A stretch of DNA of 43,500 nucleotides from Betaproteobacteria bacterium (lineage in GTDB: Bacteria; Pseudomonadota; Gammaproteobacteria; Burkholderiales; SG8-41). Where the stretch lies: NCBI GenBank assembly GCA_016202565.1, contig JACQOK010000121.1:1-43500 (forward strand). Reading direction: 5' to 3'. The translations under genes and the position numbers were made by a program. Each line of letters begins with the position of its first letter. Position 1 is the first letter of the stretch. Below the pieces are notes generated by a model, which searched no databases, was not told the DNA's origin, and worked only from the letters and a program-made list of their open reading frames with translations. This document shows positions 19,468 to 30,511 of this stretch, in pieces.

Positions 19468-22053
19468 TCAGGTCCGCAGCTGCTCCAGCAGCTCGCGTTC
19501 GAACCTGACCACGGTCTTCGGATCATACAGCGCGGCGCCGGTGATCAGAAAAGTGTCCTCGGCGCGTGATCCAAGGGTGTTGATCATCGCGGTGTGCAGG
19601 TTTATGTCGTAGACGGTGAGCACCCGCGCAATGCGCGAGAGCAGACCCGGGCGATCGCCGGCGATGACCGAGAGCACCCGGTAGACGCCTTTATCGTCGG
19701 GCTGAATGTTGACCTCCGACGAAATCGGGAAATGTCGCAGCTGCCGGCTGAGCCGGGGCTTCGTGAGCGGCGGCAACGGCGCCTTGTGGAGCAGACGCTG
19801 GCCGAGCTCGTACTCGATGTAGCTGATGAGATCGCGGTACTGCGGCCGCCGGTTGTTGGGGTCATGCACCTGGAAGCTGTCCAGGGCATGGCCGTGGCGC
19901 GTAGTGTAGATCTTGGCTTCGAAGATGTCGTAGCTGATGCTCTCGAAAAAGCTGCAGATCCGCGCAAACAGCAGCTTCTGGTCCGGTACGTAGACCATCA
20001 CCTGCAATCCTTCACCGGCCGGCGACAGGCGCGCCTTGATTATGGGCTTCGGGCTGTTGACGCGGTAATAAAGCAGGCGCGTGTGCCAGGCAATTTCCTG
20101 CGGGTCATGCCGCAGGAAATAGGACATGTCGAGCTGTGACCACAGTTTTTCATGGGCGTGCTCGGGCAACGCATAGAGCCGCAACTTGGCGAGCGCCTCT
20201 TCCTGCCGTGCCTGCAGGCTGCTCTCCAGGCTGACCCGGTGGCCGGCGAGGAGTCGCCGCGTCGCGTGAAACAGGTCTTCGAGCAGCTTGGCTTTCCACG
20301 CATTCCATACCTTCGGGCTGGTGCCGCGGATGTCGGCAACGGTGAGCAGATACAGCGCGATCAGCCGGCGTTCTTCGCCCACCCTTCGGGCGAATGCGCG
20401 GATAACATCCGGATCGGTGAGGTCCTGCTTTTGCGCGGTGATCGACATGACGAGGTGATGCTCCACCAGCCAGGCGACAAGATCGGTGTCTTCGCGCGAC
20501 AGACCGTGCGCCCGGCAAAAGCGCCGGGCTTCGATCTTGCCGAGCTGCGAATGATCACCCCCGCGTCCCTTGGCGATGTCATGGAACAGCGCTGCCAGAT
20601 AGAGCGCTTCCGGCCGTGCGAAGTCGCTCATCAGGCGGCTGCAGAGCGGAAATTCGTGAGCGAGTTCCGGGATGGAAAACCGCCGCAGGTTGCGGATGAC
20701 ACGCAGGATGTGCTCGTCCACGGTGTAGACGTGGTAGAGATCGTGCTGCATCTGGCCGACGATGCGGCCGAAAGCGGGCAGATAGCGCCCCAGGATGCCG
20801 TATTGATTCATCCGGCGCAGCGCGCGTTCCACATGCGACGGGCTCTTCAGTATCTGGATGAAAAGCTCCCGGTTGACGGGATCGCGGCGAAAGGCCGGAT
20901 CGATCCGGCGGCGCGCGCGCCACAGCGCCCGCAGCGTCGTCGCGGCCACGCCCTTCAGCTCGTGATGATGCTGCAGAAGCCGGAAACTCTCCAGCAGCGC
21001 GCTCGGCTCGCGCTCAAACAACTGTTCATCACGGGCCTCGAGCAGTTCGCCGCGCACGCCGAAACGCGGATTGATCGGGTGATACTCCTTGTCGCGCGCA
21101 GGCGAGATGCGCGCCTTCAGGTTCTGAAGGAGGATGGTGTTGAGCTCCGAAACGGCCTTGGCGATCCGGTAATACCGTTGCATGAGCTGTTCGCTCGCCA
21201 GCCGATGCGGGCGGTCGCGCAGATTGAACTGCCTCGCAAGCGCAGATTGATGATCGAAGAGCAACCGGTCCTCGCGGCGCGCGGCGAGGTAATGCAAACG
21301 TATGCGCAGGGTCTGCAGATACAGCTCGTGACGCTGGATTTCACGCGCTTCCTGCAGCGTGATCAGCCCGCGGCGCGCGAGCTCACGCCAGGTCTTGCCG
21401 ATGTCGGCAGCGCGTGCGATCCACAGTATATTCTGCAGGTCGCGCAGTCCCCCGGCGCTTTCCTTGATGTTCGGTTCGAGATTGGTTTCCTGATAACGGG
21501 CGTGACGCTGCTGCTGCTCGAGCTGCTTGGCCTGCATGAAGTCGGCCGGATCGAGCACTTCGCGCATGCTGTTCACGAACTTGCGGAACAGGCGATGATC
21601 GCCGCGCAGCAGCCGCGCCTCGAGCAGACTGGTCTGCACGGTGAGGTCCTGCGCCGCGAGGTCCGCACATTCGCCGACGGTGCGCACGCTGTGACCGACT
21701 TCCAGCCCGATGTCCCACAACGTGCCGACGAAGGTTTCGAGCTTCTGTTGCACGCGCGCGTCGGCGCCCGAGGGCAGCAGGATCAGCAGGTCGATGTCGG
21801 AATGGGGGAACAACTGGCCGCGCCCGTAGCCGCCGACGGCGAGCAGCGCCAACTCGCGCGGCAGGGCGTGCGTCGACCAGACCTGCTTGAGCTGGCGGTC
21901 AATGAGCCGGCTGTGCCGGTGCAACGATTCGCTGGCCGCGGGCCGGTTGAAGAATGCCCGCCGCAGCGCCTCGCGCTCCGCGGCGAGCGCGTTTTTCCAC
22001 TCGCCCGCGAGCGGTTTCAGCCGCACCGGGGGGCTGATGCTCAGTCCCGCCAT
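19468..22053 (-). CDS. glnD: Bifunctional [protein-PII] uridylyltransferase / uridylyl-removing enzyme
   Basis: ORF 19468..22053, 861 aa. It has a nucleotidyltransferase domain (GGYGRGQLFPHSDIDLLIL), an HD domain (LFHDIAKGRGGDHS) and two C-terminal ACT domains. Confidence 0.93.
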   Translation of the reverse strand: MAGLSISPPVRLKPLAGEWKNALAAEREALRRAFFNRPAASESLHRHSRLIDRQLKQVWSTHALPRELALLAVGGYGRGQLFPHSDIDLLILLPSGADARVQQKLETFVGTLWDIGLEVGHSVRTVGECADLAAQDLTVQTSLLEARLLRGDHRLFRKFVNSMREVLDPADFMQAKQLEQQQRHARYQETNLEPNIKESAGGLRDLQNILWIARAADIGKTWRELARRGLITLQEAREIQRHELYLQTLRIRLHYLAARREDRLLFDHQSALARQFNLRDRPHRLASEQLMQRYYRIAKAVSELNTILLQNLKARISPARDKEYHPINPRFGVRGELLEARDEQLFEREPSALLESFRLLQHHHELKGVAATTLRALWRARRRIDPAFRRDPVNRELFIQILKSPSHVERALRRMNQYGILGRYLPAFGRIVGQMQHDLYHVYTVDEHILRVIRNLRRFSIPELAHEFPLCSRLMSDFARPEALYLAALFHDIAKGRGGDHSQLGKIEARRFCRAHGLSREDTDLVAWLVEHHLVMSITAQKQDLTDPDVIRAFARRVGEERRLIALYLLTVADIRGTSPKVWNAWKAKLLEDLFHATRRLLAGHRVSLESSLQARQEEALAKLRLYALPEHAHEKLWSQLDMSYFLRHDPQEIAWHTRLLYYRVNSPKPIIKARLSPAGEGLQVMVYVPDQKLLFARICSFFESISYDIFEAKIYTTRHGHALDSFQVHDPNNRRPQYRDLISYIEYELGQRLLHKAPLPPLTKPRLSRQLRHFPISSEVNIQPDDKGVYRVLSVIAGDRPGLLSRIARVLTVYDINLHTAMINTLGSRAEDTFLITGAALYDPKTVVRFERELLEQLRT

Positions 22054-22071
22054 GGCTTCCAGAAATTAATC

Positions 22072-22887
22072 TCAGGCATGCGCGGGGCGACCGGCCCCCG
22101 TTCCGCCTTCAAGCGACGCGGGCGACAGCGTGAGCACCTCGTTGCCGGCCGCCGTTACCAGTACGGTATGTTCCCATTGTGCCGAGAGGCTATGGTCCTT
22201 GGTCACGATGGTCCAGCCATCGGCGAGCTGCCGGATATCCGGCTTTCCGGCGTTGATCATGGGTTCGATCGTAAATGTCATGCCCGGCTCCAGCCTGAGG
22301 CCGGTGCCGGGCCGGCCGTAGTGCAGTACCTGCGGTTCCTCGTGAAACTTGACGCCGATGCCGTGTCCACAGAACTCCCGCACCACGCTGAATCCGTTCC
22401 GCTCGGCGTGGGTCTGAATCGCATATCCGATATCCCCGAGGCAGGCGCCGGCCCGCACTGAGTCAATGCCCCGCCACATGCATTCATAAGTCACCTCGCA
22501 CAGGCGCTTTGCCTGGATCGAAGGCTGGCCGACGTAGAACATGCGACTAGTATCGCCATGGTAGCCGTCCTTGATGACCGTGATGTCGATGTTGATGATG
22601 TCGCCGGGCTTGAGCTTCTTCTCGCCCGGCACGCCGTGGCACACGACGTGATTGACCGACGTGCAAATTGACTTCGGGAAAGGCTGGTAGCCCGGCGGCG
22701 CATAGTTGAGCGGGGCAGGTGTAGTCTTCTGTTGCTCGACCATGTATACGTGGCAGAGGCGGTCGAGTTCGCCGGTGGTCACGCCGAGTTTGACGTAGGG
22801 CGCAATGAAATCGAGCACCTCGGCGGCAAGACGGCCGGCGATGCGCATTTTTTGTATTTCCTCGGGAGACTTGATGTGGACCGCCAT
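22072..22887 (-). CDS. map: Type I methionine aminopeptidase
   Basis: ORF 22072..22887. MAVHIKSPEEIQKMRIAGRL, metal ligands in the DIINIDITVIKDGYHGD context, and FCGHGIG. It is divergent from rpsB, as in many proteobacteria. Confidence 0.93.
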   Translation of the reverse strand: MAVHIKSPEEIQKMRIAGRLAAEVLDFIAPYVKLGVTTGELDRLCHVYMVEQQKTTPAPLNYAPPGYQPFPKSICTSVNHVVCHGVPGEKKLKPGDIINIDITVIKDGYHGDTSRMFYVGQPSIQAKRLCEVTYECMWRGIDSVRAGACLGDIGYAIQTHAERNGFSVVREFCGHGIGVKFHEEPQVLHYGRPGTGLRLEPGMTFTIEPMINAGKPDIRQLADGWTIVTKDHSLSAQWEHTVLVTAAGNEVLTLSPASLEGGTGAGRPAHA

Positions 22888-23006
22888 AAGGTGTTCCGGA
22901 ACTTCGGCGCGGGAAAGGATTCCAAGTGCTTGGTTTTTCGGAAAACCGCGATTGTAGTCCAGAACGGGGGAGGGTTGTATCCTGAGTTGGCCCGGGAATG
23001 ACTGCG

Positions 23007-23036
23007 TTGGGAAAGAGAACTTTCATGTGGTAAAAT
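23007..23036 (+). promoter_or_regulatory. Candidate sigma70 promoter of rpsB-tsf
   Basis: TTGGGA (23007-23012), an 18-nt spacer, then TAAAAT (23031-23036), with a TG at the extended -10 position (23028-23029). This would give a leader of about 135 nt before the rpsB ATG. Confidence 0.45.
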
Positions 23037-23178
23037 AAAAAGTTAGCTCGTTGCTTCTCGGAAAACGAAGGCCGGCGGGCTGCAATTCACACACCTGCAA
23101 CCAGAATCAACCAGGGTGCCTGCCGCACGGGCGGCGGGTGTTGCTGCGGGTGGAGGCTCAACCCTTTCAGGAGTAGAC

Positions 23179-23928
23179 ATGTCAGTCACGATGCGTGAAA
23201 TGCTGGAAGCGGGCGTCCATTTCGGACATCAGACCCGTTACTGGAACCCCCGGATGGCCTCATACATCTTCGGGCACCGCAACAAGATCCATATCATCAA
23301 TCTCGAGAAAACGCTGGCCATGTACCAGGCGGCGCTCAAGTTCGTGCGCCAGCTCGCCAGCAACAAGGGAACGGTGCTCTTCGTGGGCACCAAACGACAG
23401 GCCCGCGAAATCATCAAGGAAGAAGCGCAGCGCTGTGGCGCGCCGTTCGTCGACTACCGCTGGCTGGGCGGAATGCTGACCAACTACAAAACGGTCAAGC
23501 AGTCGATCAAGCGCCTGAAAGATATGGAAGCGATGATTCAGGATGGTTCAATCGAGAAGCTCTCCAAGAAGGAGGCGCTGCACTACCAGCGTGAGATTGC
23601 CAAGCTCGACCGCAGTCTCGGCGGGATCAAGGACATGAACGGCCTGCCTGACGCAATGTTCGTGATCGACGTGGGCTACCAGAAGGGCGCGGTGTCGGAG
23701 GCCAATAAGCTCGGCATTCCCGTGATCGGCGTGGTGGACACCAACCACTCCCCGGAAAACATAGACTATGTGATTCCGGGCAACGACGATTCGAGTCGGG
23801 CGATTCGTCTGTACGCGCGCGGCGTGGCCGATGCGATGCTTGAAGGACGCAGCGACACCGTGAAGGAGATCGTCGGCGGCGGCGACGAGTTCGTGGAAGT
23901 CGAAGAAAGCGAAGATGCCGACGCATAG
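23179..23928 (+). CDS. rpsB: 30S ribosomal protein S2
   Basis: ORF 23116..23928. The start is placed at ATG 23179 ([26 protein letters not shown]) with a CAGGAG RBS. Confidence 0.96.
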   Translation: MSVTMREMLEAGVHFGHQTRYWNPRMASYIFGHRNKIHIINLEKTLAMYQAALKFVRQLASNKGTVLFVGTKRQAREIIKEEAQRCGAPFVDYRWLGGMLTNYKTVKQSIKRLKDMEAMIQDGSIEKLSKKEALHYQREIAKLDRSLGGIKDMNGLPDAMFVIDVGYQKGAVSEANKLGIPVIGVVDTNHSPENIDYVIPGNDDSSRAIRLYARGVADAMLEGRSDTVKEIVGGGDEFVEVEESEDADA

Positions 23929-23948
23929 CGCTCAATGAACCCGCAGTT

Positions 23949-23971
23949 GGGGGCGCGAGCCCCTTTTTTTT
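23949..23971 (+). terminator. Rho-independent terminator/attenuator between rpsB and tsf
   Basis: The stem GGGGC/GCCCC (23950-23954 with 23959-23963) closes a GCGA tetraloop and is followed by T8 (23964-23971). Confidence 0.7.
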
Positions 23972-23988
23972 AACCAATGGAGCATCGA

Positions 23989-24903
23989 ATGGCGGAAATT
24001 ACCGCAGCCATGGTAAGGGATCTGCGCGAGAAGACGGACGCGCCGATGATGGAATGCAAGAAAGCCCTGGCCGAAGCCGGAGGCAATATGGCAAGAGCCG
24101 AGGAAATCCTTCGCATCAAGCTCGGCAACAAAGCAAGCAAGGCGGCTTCGCGCATCACCGCCGAGGGCGTCGTCGCTGCATATGTCTCGGGTGACGCCAA
24201 GCTCGGTGCAATCGTCGAAGTGAACTGCGAGACGGATTTCGTCGCAAAAAACGCGGAGTTCATCGCGTTTGCAGGCGCGCTGGCGCAACTCATCGCAACG
24301 GACGGCCCGGCGGATGTGGCCGCACTTTCGTTTCTCAAATTGAACGACGCGACAGTCGAAGACACGCGCAAGGCGTTGGTGGGAAAGATCGGCGAGAACA
24401 TGACGGTGCGCCGCTTTTCGCGGATCGTCGCGCGGGGCAGGCTCGCAAGCTACATCCATGGCGGGGCGAAGATCGGGGTCATCGTCGACGTCGTGGGTGG
24501 CGACGACGTATTGGGCAAGGATCTTGCGATGCATATTGCGGCGAGCAGGCCGGTGGCGCTCGCCAGCGACGAAGTGCCGGCGGCGGTCGTTCAGAAAGAG
24601 CGGGACATAGCGGCGGCAAAGGCGGCAGAATCGGGCAAGCCGGCGAACATCGTTGAAAAAATGGTGGAAGGGGCGGTTCAAAAATTTCTGAAGGAGATCA
24701 CGCTGCTGGGCCAGCCGTTCGTGAAGAACGACAAGCAGACGGTGGAGCAGCTGTTGAAGGCGCGGGGCGCGTCCGTCGCCGGATTCACGCTCTTCGTGGT
24801 CGGGCAGGGCCTGGAGCGGAAAAAAGACGATTTCGCCGCCGAAGTCATGGCGCAGGTGGGCGAAGCCCAACACAAGGCGAAGGAACAAGCCCGGGCCTCA
24901 TAA
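23989..24903 (+). CDS. tsf: Translation elongation factor Ts
   Basis: ORF 23977..24903. The start is placed at ATG 23989 ([27 protein letters not shown]) with a GGAG RBS. Confidence 0.95.
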   Translation: MAEITAAMVRDLREKTDAPMMECKKALAEAGGNMARAEEILRIKLGNKASKAASRITAEGVVAAYVSGDAKLGAIVEVNCETDFVAKNAEFIAFAGALAQLIATDGPADVAALSFLKLNDATVEDTRKALVGKIGENMTVRRFSRIVARGRLASYIHGGAKIGVIVDVVGGDDVLGKDLAMHIAASRPVALASDEVPAAVVQKERDIAAAKAAESGKPANIVEKMVEGAVQKFLKEITLLGQPFVKNDKQTVEQLLKARGASVAGFTLFVVGQGLERKKDDFAAEVMAQVGEAQHKAKEQARAS

Positions 24904-24934
24904 TCCGCCACCCCTCTCACGAAGCGAGACACCC

Positions 24935-25654
24935 ATGCCAGAGACGCCCGCCTACAAGCGCATCCTGCTTAAACTCAGCGGTGAGGCGCTGCTGGGTGAT
25001 GACAGTTATGGCATTAATCGCATTACAATCGAGCGCATCGTGGATGAAATCGCGGAAGTCGCGAACCTGGGCGTCGAAGTGGCGGTCGTCATCGGCGGCG
25101 GGAATATTTTCCGCGGCGTGGCGCCCGCCGCCGCGCACATGGACCGGGCCACCGCCGACTACATGGGGATGCTGGCCACCGTCATGAATGCGCTCGCGTT
25201 GCAGGACGCGATGCGGCGCGTGAACCTCGTAAGCCGCGTGCAATCGGCGCTCAACATCGAACAGGTGGTCGAGCCCTACATCCGGGGCAAGGCGATGCGC
25301 TACCTCGAGGAAGGCAAGGTGGTGATCTTCGCGGCGGGCACGGGCAACCCGTTTTTTACCACCGACACGGCGGCCGCGTTGCGCGGGATGGAGATGAACG
25401 TCGACCTCGTCCTCAAGGCGACGAAAGTCGACGGCGTCTATACCGACGACCCGAAGACGCATCCTGATGCGATGCGCTACAAGCATCTGACGTTTGACGA
25501 GGCTATCATCAAGAATCTCAAGGTCATGGATGCGACGGCGCTGACCCTGTGCCGCGACCAGAAGCTGCCGGTAAACGTTTTCAGCATCTTCAAGCCCAAG
25601 GCGCTCAAGCGGGTCGTGGTGGGCGAAGACGAGGGTACAATGGTTCACGTATAA
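24935..25654 (+). CDS. pyrH: UMP kinase
   Basis: ORF 24935..25654. [24 protein letters not shown] and [10 protein letters not shown]. Confidence 0.95.
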   Translation: MPETPAYKRILLKLSGEALLGDDSYGINRITIERIVDEIAEVANLGVEVAVVIGGGNIFRGVAPAAAHMDRATADYMGMLATVMNALALQDAMRRVNLVSRVQSALNIEQVVEPYIRGKAMRYLEEGKVVIFAAGTGNPFFTTDTAAALRGMEMNVDLVLKATKVDGVYTDDPKTHPDAMRYKHLTFDEAIIKNLKVMDATALTLCRDQKLPVNVFSIFKPKALKRVVVGEDEGTMVHV

Positions 25655-25668
25655 GACGGAGGTGGAAG

Positions 25669-26226
25669 ATGATTTCCGACGTGAAGAAAACCGCGGAACA
25701 GAAGATGAAGAAGACGCTGGAGGCGCTGAAACACGATCTCGCCAAAGTCCGTACCGGACGGGCCCACACGGGACTGCTCGACCACATCGCGGTGGACTAC
25801 TACGGCACACCGACGCCGATTCCGCAGGTCGCCAACGTGACCTTGCTCGACGCGCGGACCATCGGAGTCATCCCGTGGGACAAGAAAATGATTGCGGTCG
25901 TTGAAAAGGCAATACGCGATTCCGACCTCGGGTTGAACCCGGCGACGCAGGGGGAAACGGTACGGGTGCCCATGCCGCCGCTCACTGAAGAGCGCCGCAA
26001 GGAATTGATCAAGGTGGTCCGCGGCGAAGGCGAAAACGCCCGGGTGGCGGTCCGCAACGTGCGGCGCGATGCCATCCATCATCTGAAGGATCTGCTCAAG
26101 CAGAAGAAGGTGGCGGAAGACGAGGAACGTCGCGCCCAGGACGATGTCCAGAAACTTACCGACCGGCACATCGCCGAGATCGACAAGATGCTGCAGACCA
26201 AAGAAACCGACCTGATGGCGATCTAG
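25669..26226 (+). CDS. frr: Ribosome recycling factor
   Basis: ORF 25549..26226. The start is placed at ATG 25669 ([33 protein letters not shown]), giving about 185 aa. Confidence 0.95.
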   Translation: MISDVKKTAEQKMKKTLEALKHDLAKVRTGRAHTGLLDHIAVDYYGTPTPIPQVANVTLLDARTIGVIPWDKKMIAVVEKAIRDSDLGLNPATQGETVRVPMPPLTEERRKELIKVVRGEGENARVAVRNVRRDAIHHLKDLLKQKKVAEDEERRAQDDVQKLTDRHIAEIDKMLQTKETDLMAI

Positions 26227-26233
26227 GTGCCTC

Positions 26234-27013
26234 ATGTTCAAGAGTTCCACCGAGGAAATTCCCGAGGCGCGATCCGTTCCGCGGCATATCGCCATCATCA
26301 TGGATGGCAACGGCCGATGGGCGAAGCAGCGGTTCCTGCCGCGCATGGCGGGTCATAAACGCGGGGTTGAAGCGGTACGCAAGGTGGTGCGCGCTTGCGG
26401 CGAGCGCGGCGTCGAGTATCTGACGCTGTTTGCGTTCAGCAGCGAAAACTGGCGCCGTCCGGCAGAAGAGGTGTCGTTTCTGATGCGGCTGTTCGTGCTG
26501 GCGCTGGAGCAGGAGGTGAGCCAGCTCCATGAGAACGGCATTCGTTTCAAGGTAATCGGCGATCTGTCGCGCTTCGAGCCGGAGCTTGCAGGCTTGATCC
26601 GGGGGGCGGAGGAACTGACCGCAAACAACCGCCGGCTCACCCTGACGGTTGCAGCCAATTATGGGGGCCGGTGGGACATACTCCAGGCGGTGAGGCGCAT
26701 GCTTGCCCAGCGTCCCGAGCTCGCCTCCTGCTTCAGCGAGAGCGACCTCGCCCCGTACTTCGCGCTCAGTTATGCGCCGGAACCCGATCTCTTCATCCGT
26801 ACCGGGGGTGAGCAGCGGATCAGCAATTTTGTGCTGTGGCAGCTTGCATACGCGGAGCTTTATTTCACCAATATCCTATGGCCGGACTTCGACGCTGCCG
26901 CGCTGGAGCATGCAATCGCTTCGTATCAACGCCGGGAACGCCGTTTCGGGCGCACGAGTGAGCAGTTGCCGGAACACCCCGAATTCGCGTCACAGCGCGA
27001 GCTGACCGGATAG
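26234..27013 (+). CDS. uppS: Ditrans,polycis-undecaprenyl-diphosphate synthase
   Basis: ORF 26234..27013. [27 protein letters not shown] and [11 protein letters not shown]. Confidence 0.94.
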   Translation: MFKSSTEEIPEARSVPRHIAIIMDGNGRWAKQRFLPRMAGHKRGVEAVRKVVRACGERGVEYLTLFAFSSENWRRPAEEVSFLMRLFVLALEQEVSQLHENGIRFKVIGDLSRFEPELAGLIRGAEELTANNRRLTLTVAANYGGRWDILQAVRRMLAQRPELASCFSESDLAPYFALSYAPEPDLFIRTGGEQRISNFVLWQLAYAELYFTNILWPDFDAAALEHAIASYQRRERRFGRTSEQLPEHPEFASQRELTG

Positions 27014-27062
27014 CGCAATCCGCCGGCCCTGGACGGCGGACGCCCCTCGAGAACCCCGCAAG

Positions 27063-27896
27063 ATGTTCGCCGCGCGCCTTGTTACTGCTGCCGTACTGCT
27101 GGCGGTATTCTCCGGTGCGCTCCTCTTGCTGCCGAACGAATATTGGGGCGCAGTCCTGCTGGCAGGATTAGTGATCGCGAGCCTGGAATGGGCCGCGCTC
27201 GCGGGCTACCGGCATGCGGGGCGCTGGTTGTTCGGTGCAGTCGTGTTCGTGTCCGGTCTCGCGCTCCTCCTTGGTTTTCGCCGCACCGCCGGCGCAGTGG
27301 AAGCCTCGGCGCAGCTTCACCTATTCGTGTACTGGATCTCCGCTGCGTTCTGGTTGTTGCTCGCGCCCGCCTGGCTGTGCGGAAAGTGGCGCATCCGGAA
27401 CCCGGTCGTCATGGGTGTTGCCGGCTGGATCGTGCTGGTGCCGGCATGGCTTGCGCTCACCGCGCTGCAAACCGGTCCCGGGCGACTGCTCATGCTGTTG
27501 GGCGTGGTATGGATTGCCGATAGCGCAGCCTATGTGTTTGGACGGCGCTTCGGACGGCATCGGCTCGCACCCCGGATCAGTCCGGGGAAAACATGGGAAG
27601 GCGTGATCGGCGCATGCATTGCAGTGGCGGTGTATTATGCCTTTGTTTGGTTTATATTCGCGGCACAGCAGGCGCCCACTTGGCCGGGCGGGATGATCCT
27701 GTTTGCTGCGGTTACGGTTATGAGCGTGCAAGGCGACCTGTTCGAGTCATGGATAAAGCGGCAAGCGGGAGTCAAGGATAGCGGGACACTGTTTCCGGGA
27801 CATGGCGGCATGCTTGATCGCATCGACGGGCTGACGGCAAGCATGCCGCTCGCCGCGCTGTGGCTGCACTACTTGGATTCTCCAGGGCTGATCTGA
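27063..27896 (+). CDS. cdsA: Phosphatidate cytidylyltransferase
   Basis: ORF 27063..27896. It is polytopic and hydrophobic, with the CDS signature [27 protein letters not shown]. Confidence 0.92.
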   Translation: MFAARLVTAAVLLAVFSGALLLLPNEYWGAVLLAGLVIASLEWAALAGYRHAGRWLFGAVVFVSGLALLLGFRRTAGAVEASAQLHLFVYWISAAFWLLLAPAWLCGKWRIRNPVVMGVAGWIVLVPAWLALTALQTGPGRLLMLLGVVWIADSAAYVFGRRFGRHRLAPRISPGKTWEGVIGACIAVAVYYAFVWFIFAAQQAPTWPGGMILFAAVTVMSVQGDLFESWIKRQAGVKDSGTLFPGHGGMLDRIDGLTASMPLAALWLHYLDSPGLI

Positions 27897-27898
27897 CC

Positions 27899-29128
27899 AT
27901 GCCTGCGAAGCAGAACCTCGCCATCCTCGGGTCCACCGGCAGCGTCGGGGTCAATACCCTCGATGTCGTTGCGCGCCACCCCGGAATGTTCAGGATCGCC
28001 GCGCTGACCGCGCGCAACCAGGTCGACCTGCTGTTCGAACAATGCTGCAACTTCAAACCCATGTTCGCGGTCATGCTGGAACCGGCAGCTGCGGCGGAGT
28101 TGGAGCGGCGCGTCAAGGGCCGTGGATTGGAATGTACAGTCCTGTGCGGCCCCGAGGCGCTGGAGCAGGCGGTGAGCCTGCCGCAGGTCGATACGGTGAT
28201 GGCGGCAATTGTCGGTATCGCCGGCCTGCGTCCCACATTGGCCGCCGCGCAAGCCGGAAAGAAGGTGCTGCTCGCCAACAAGGAGTCGCTGGTGACGGCC
28301 GGTCCAGTCCTGACGAGAGCCGTGCGGGATAACGGTGCCAGCCTGCTCCCGATCGACAGTGAGCACAATGCAATATTCCAGGCGCTGCCGCGCGGCTACT
28401 CGGGCAAGCCGGGGGCGGCCGGGGTACGACGTGTGCTGTTGACGGCTTCGGGCGGACCCTTTCGCGCGGCACCGCCCCACCGGCTGGAACACGTGACGCC
28501 GGATGAGGCGTGCGCGCATCCCAACTGGGTGATGGGCCGCAAGATTTCGGTCGACTCGGCCACCATGATGAATAAGGGCCTGGAAGTGATCGAGGCGCAC
28601 TGGCTGTTCCAGGTGGAGGAAGAGCAGATCGAGGTGCTCGTCCACCCGGAGAGCGTGATCCATTCGCTGGTCGAATACATCGATGGATCGGTGATCGCCC
28701 AACTCGGCAACCCCGACATGCGCACGCCGATCGCCTTTGCGTTGGGCTATCCCGAACGCATTGCGGCGGGGGTCGAGTTTCTGGATCTCGCCCGCATCGG
28801 AGCGCTGCATTTTGAGCAGCCGGATCTCAAACGTTTTCCGTGTCTGCGGCTCGCCTATTCAGCCCTGCGGGCGGGCGGCAGCGCGCCGACGGCGCTCAAT
28901 GCCGCAAACGAGATCGCCGTGGAAAACTTTCTCGCCGGCAGACTGAGTTTCACCCGGATTCCGGCCTTGATCGAGGCCGTTCTCGAACAACTCCCGCTTC
29001 GACCCATACGCTGCATCGACGATGTGCTGGGCGCCGACCAGGAGGCACGCGCGTGCGCTGAGCGCTGGCTGAAGGGCAGCGCGAACGGGGTCGGCGTGGG
29101 CAATCTTTCGAAGCTTGTACAATCCTAG
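27899..29128 (+). CDS. dxr: 1-deoxy-D-xylulose 5-phosphate reductoisomerase
   Basis: ORF 27860..29128. The start is placed at ATG 27899 ([17 protein letters not shown]). It has [19 protein letters not shown] and [23 protein letters not shown]. Confidence 0.94.
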   Translation: MPAKQNLAILGSTGSVGVNTLDVVARHPGMFRIAALTARNQVDLLFEQCCNFKPMFAVMLEPAAAAELERRVKGRGLECTVLCGPEALEQAVSLPQVDTVMAAIVGIAGLRPTLAAAQAGKKVLLANKESLVTAGPVLTRAVRDNGASLLPIDSEHNAIFQALPRGYSGKPGAAGVRRVLLTASGGPFRAAPPHRLEHVTPDEACAHPNWVMGRKISVDSATMMNKGLEVIEAHWLFQVEEEQIEVLVHPESVIHSLVEYIDGSVIAQLGNPDMRTPIAFALGYPERIAAGVEFLDLARIGALHFEQPDLKRFPCLRLAYSALRAGGSAPTALNAANEIAVENFLAGRLSFTRIPALIEAVLEQLPLRPIRCIDDVLGADQEARACAERWLKGSANGVGVGNLSKLVQS

Positions 29129-29140
29129 CGGGCTGCCTGC

Positions 29141-30508
29141 ATGAATCTCCTGATCACCCTGCTCGCGTTCATTGTTGCTCTGGGTTTGCTGATCGTCGTT
29201 CACGAACTCGGTCACTATTTCGTTGCGCGGTTGTGCAATGTGAAGGTGCTGCGCTTCTCGGTAGGGTTCGGTACGCCGCTGTGGCGCAGGGCGCTGGGCC
29301 GCGATCGGACGGAATGGGCCATTGCGGCGTTTCCGCTCGGCGGGTACGTCAAGATGGCCGACGAGCGCGAAGGGCACGTGGCGCCCCAGGACCTGCCGCG
29401 TGCGTTTAATCGTCAGTCGGTATACCGGCGCTTTGCCATCGTCATCGCAGGGCCGACGGCGAATTTTCTGCTTGCGATTTTGTTCTACTGGATTCTGTTC
29501 CTGCACGGTGTGCCCGGCTTGAAGCCGGTGCTCGGCCCAATTGCACCGGATACGCCCGCGGCGCGCGCCGGCTTCGCAAACGGGGAAACGATCGTAAAGA
29601 TCGGTGATGAACCGGTGGCGACCTGGCAGGACGCGCGCTGGGTGTTGCTGCAGCACGCGGTGCGAAAGGCCAGGGTATCGATCGAGGTGCACAACGACAA
29701 ACGGGAGATCGCCTGGCGCGAGCTCGATTTATCCGGGCTGAGCGCGGATCACCTCGACAGCGATTTCATCAAGGCCGTGGGCTTTACCTATTACCGTCCC
29801 GCGCTCAAGCCGGTGATCGGGGATATCGTGAACGGAGGCGCTGCCGAGCGCGCCGGGCTCAGGCAAGGCGACGAGATCATCGCAATCGACAAACAGCGCA
29901 TTACGAAGTGGGAACAGGTCGTCGCGCTCGTTCGCGGCCATCCAGAAAAGACGCTGACGTTTGAAGTAAAGCGCGGGGGCGCGATGCTCCCCGCCATCGC
30001 GGTCACGCCGGGATCAGTGATCGAGAGCGGGCAGCCGGTTGGCAAGATCGGCGCGGCGCCGCTGGTTGACCGCAGCCTGATGGCGGGCCTCACTACGGAA
30101 GTGCGCTACGGCCCGCTGGAAAGCATGAGCAAGGCGTTACACAAGACTTGGGATACCTCGATCTTTACCCTGAAGATGCTGGGGAAGATGATCATCGGCG
30201 AAGTTTCGCTCAAGAACCTGAGCGGCCCGATCACGATTGCAGATTACGCGGGCCAGACCGCGCAAAGCGGCTGGATTGCCTATCTGCTGTTCCTGGCGCT
30301 CATCAGCATCAGTCTCGGCGTGCTCAATCTGCTGCCGATACCGTTATTGGATGGCGGGCATTTGATGTATTATATGCTCGAAATTCTCAAAGGCAGTCCG
30401 GTGTCGGATCGGGCCATCGAAATCGGGCAGCACGTCGGCGTGGCGCTGTTGTTCACTTTGATGGCCTTCGCGCTTTATAACGATATAAACCGGCTCATAA
30501 GCGGCTAA
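29141..30508 (+). CDS. rseP: RIP zinc metalloprotease RseP
   Basis: ORF 29141..30508. It has HELGH at the N-terminus, PDZ domains, and the C-terminal LNLLPIPLLDGGH motif. Confidence 0.93.
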   Translation: MNLLITLLAFIVALGLLIVVHELGHYFVARLCNVKVLRFSVGFGTPLWRRALGRDRTEWAIAAFPLGGYVKMADEREGHVAPQDLPRAFNRQSVYRRFAIVIAGPTANFLLAILFYWILFLHGVPGLKPVLGPIAPDTPAARAGFANGETIVKIGDEPVATWQDARWVLLQHAVRKARVSIEVHNDKREIAWRELDLSGLSADHLDSDFIKAVGFTYYRPALKPVIGDIVNGGAAERAGLRQGDEIIAIDKQRITKWEQVVALVRGHPEKTLTFEVKRGGAMLPAIAVTPGSVIESGQPVGKIGAAPLVDRSLMAGLTTEVRYGPLESMSKALHKTWDTSIFTLKMLGKMIIGEVSLKNLSGPITIADYAGQTAQSGWIAYLLFLALISISLGVLNLLPIPLLDGGHLMYYMLEILKGSPVSDRAIEIGQHVGVALLFTLMAFALYNDINRLISG

Positions 30509-30511
30509 TTA

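Noticed and set aside
20152-22461. 769-aa ORF on the plus strand
   Set aside because: It lies antisense to glnD and map and spans their boundary. It is Arg/Ala/Gly/Pro-rich with no recognisable motifs. This is a typical shadow ORF of a high-GC genome opposite well-supported genes.
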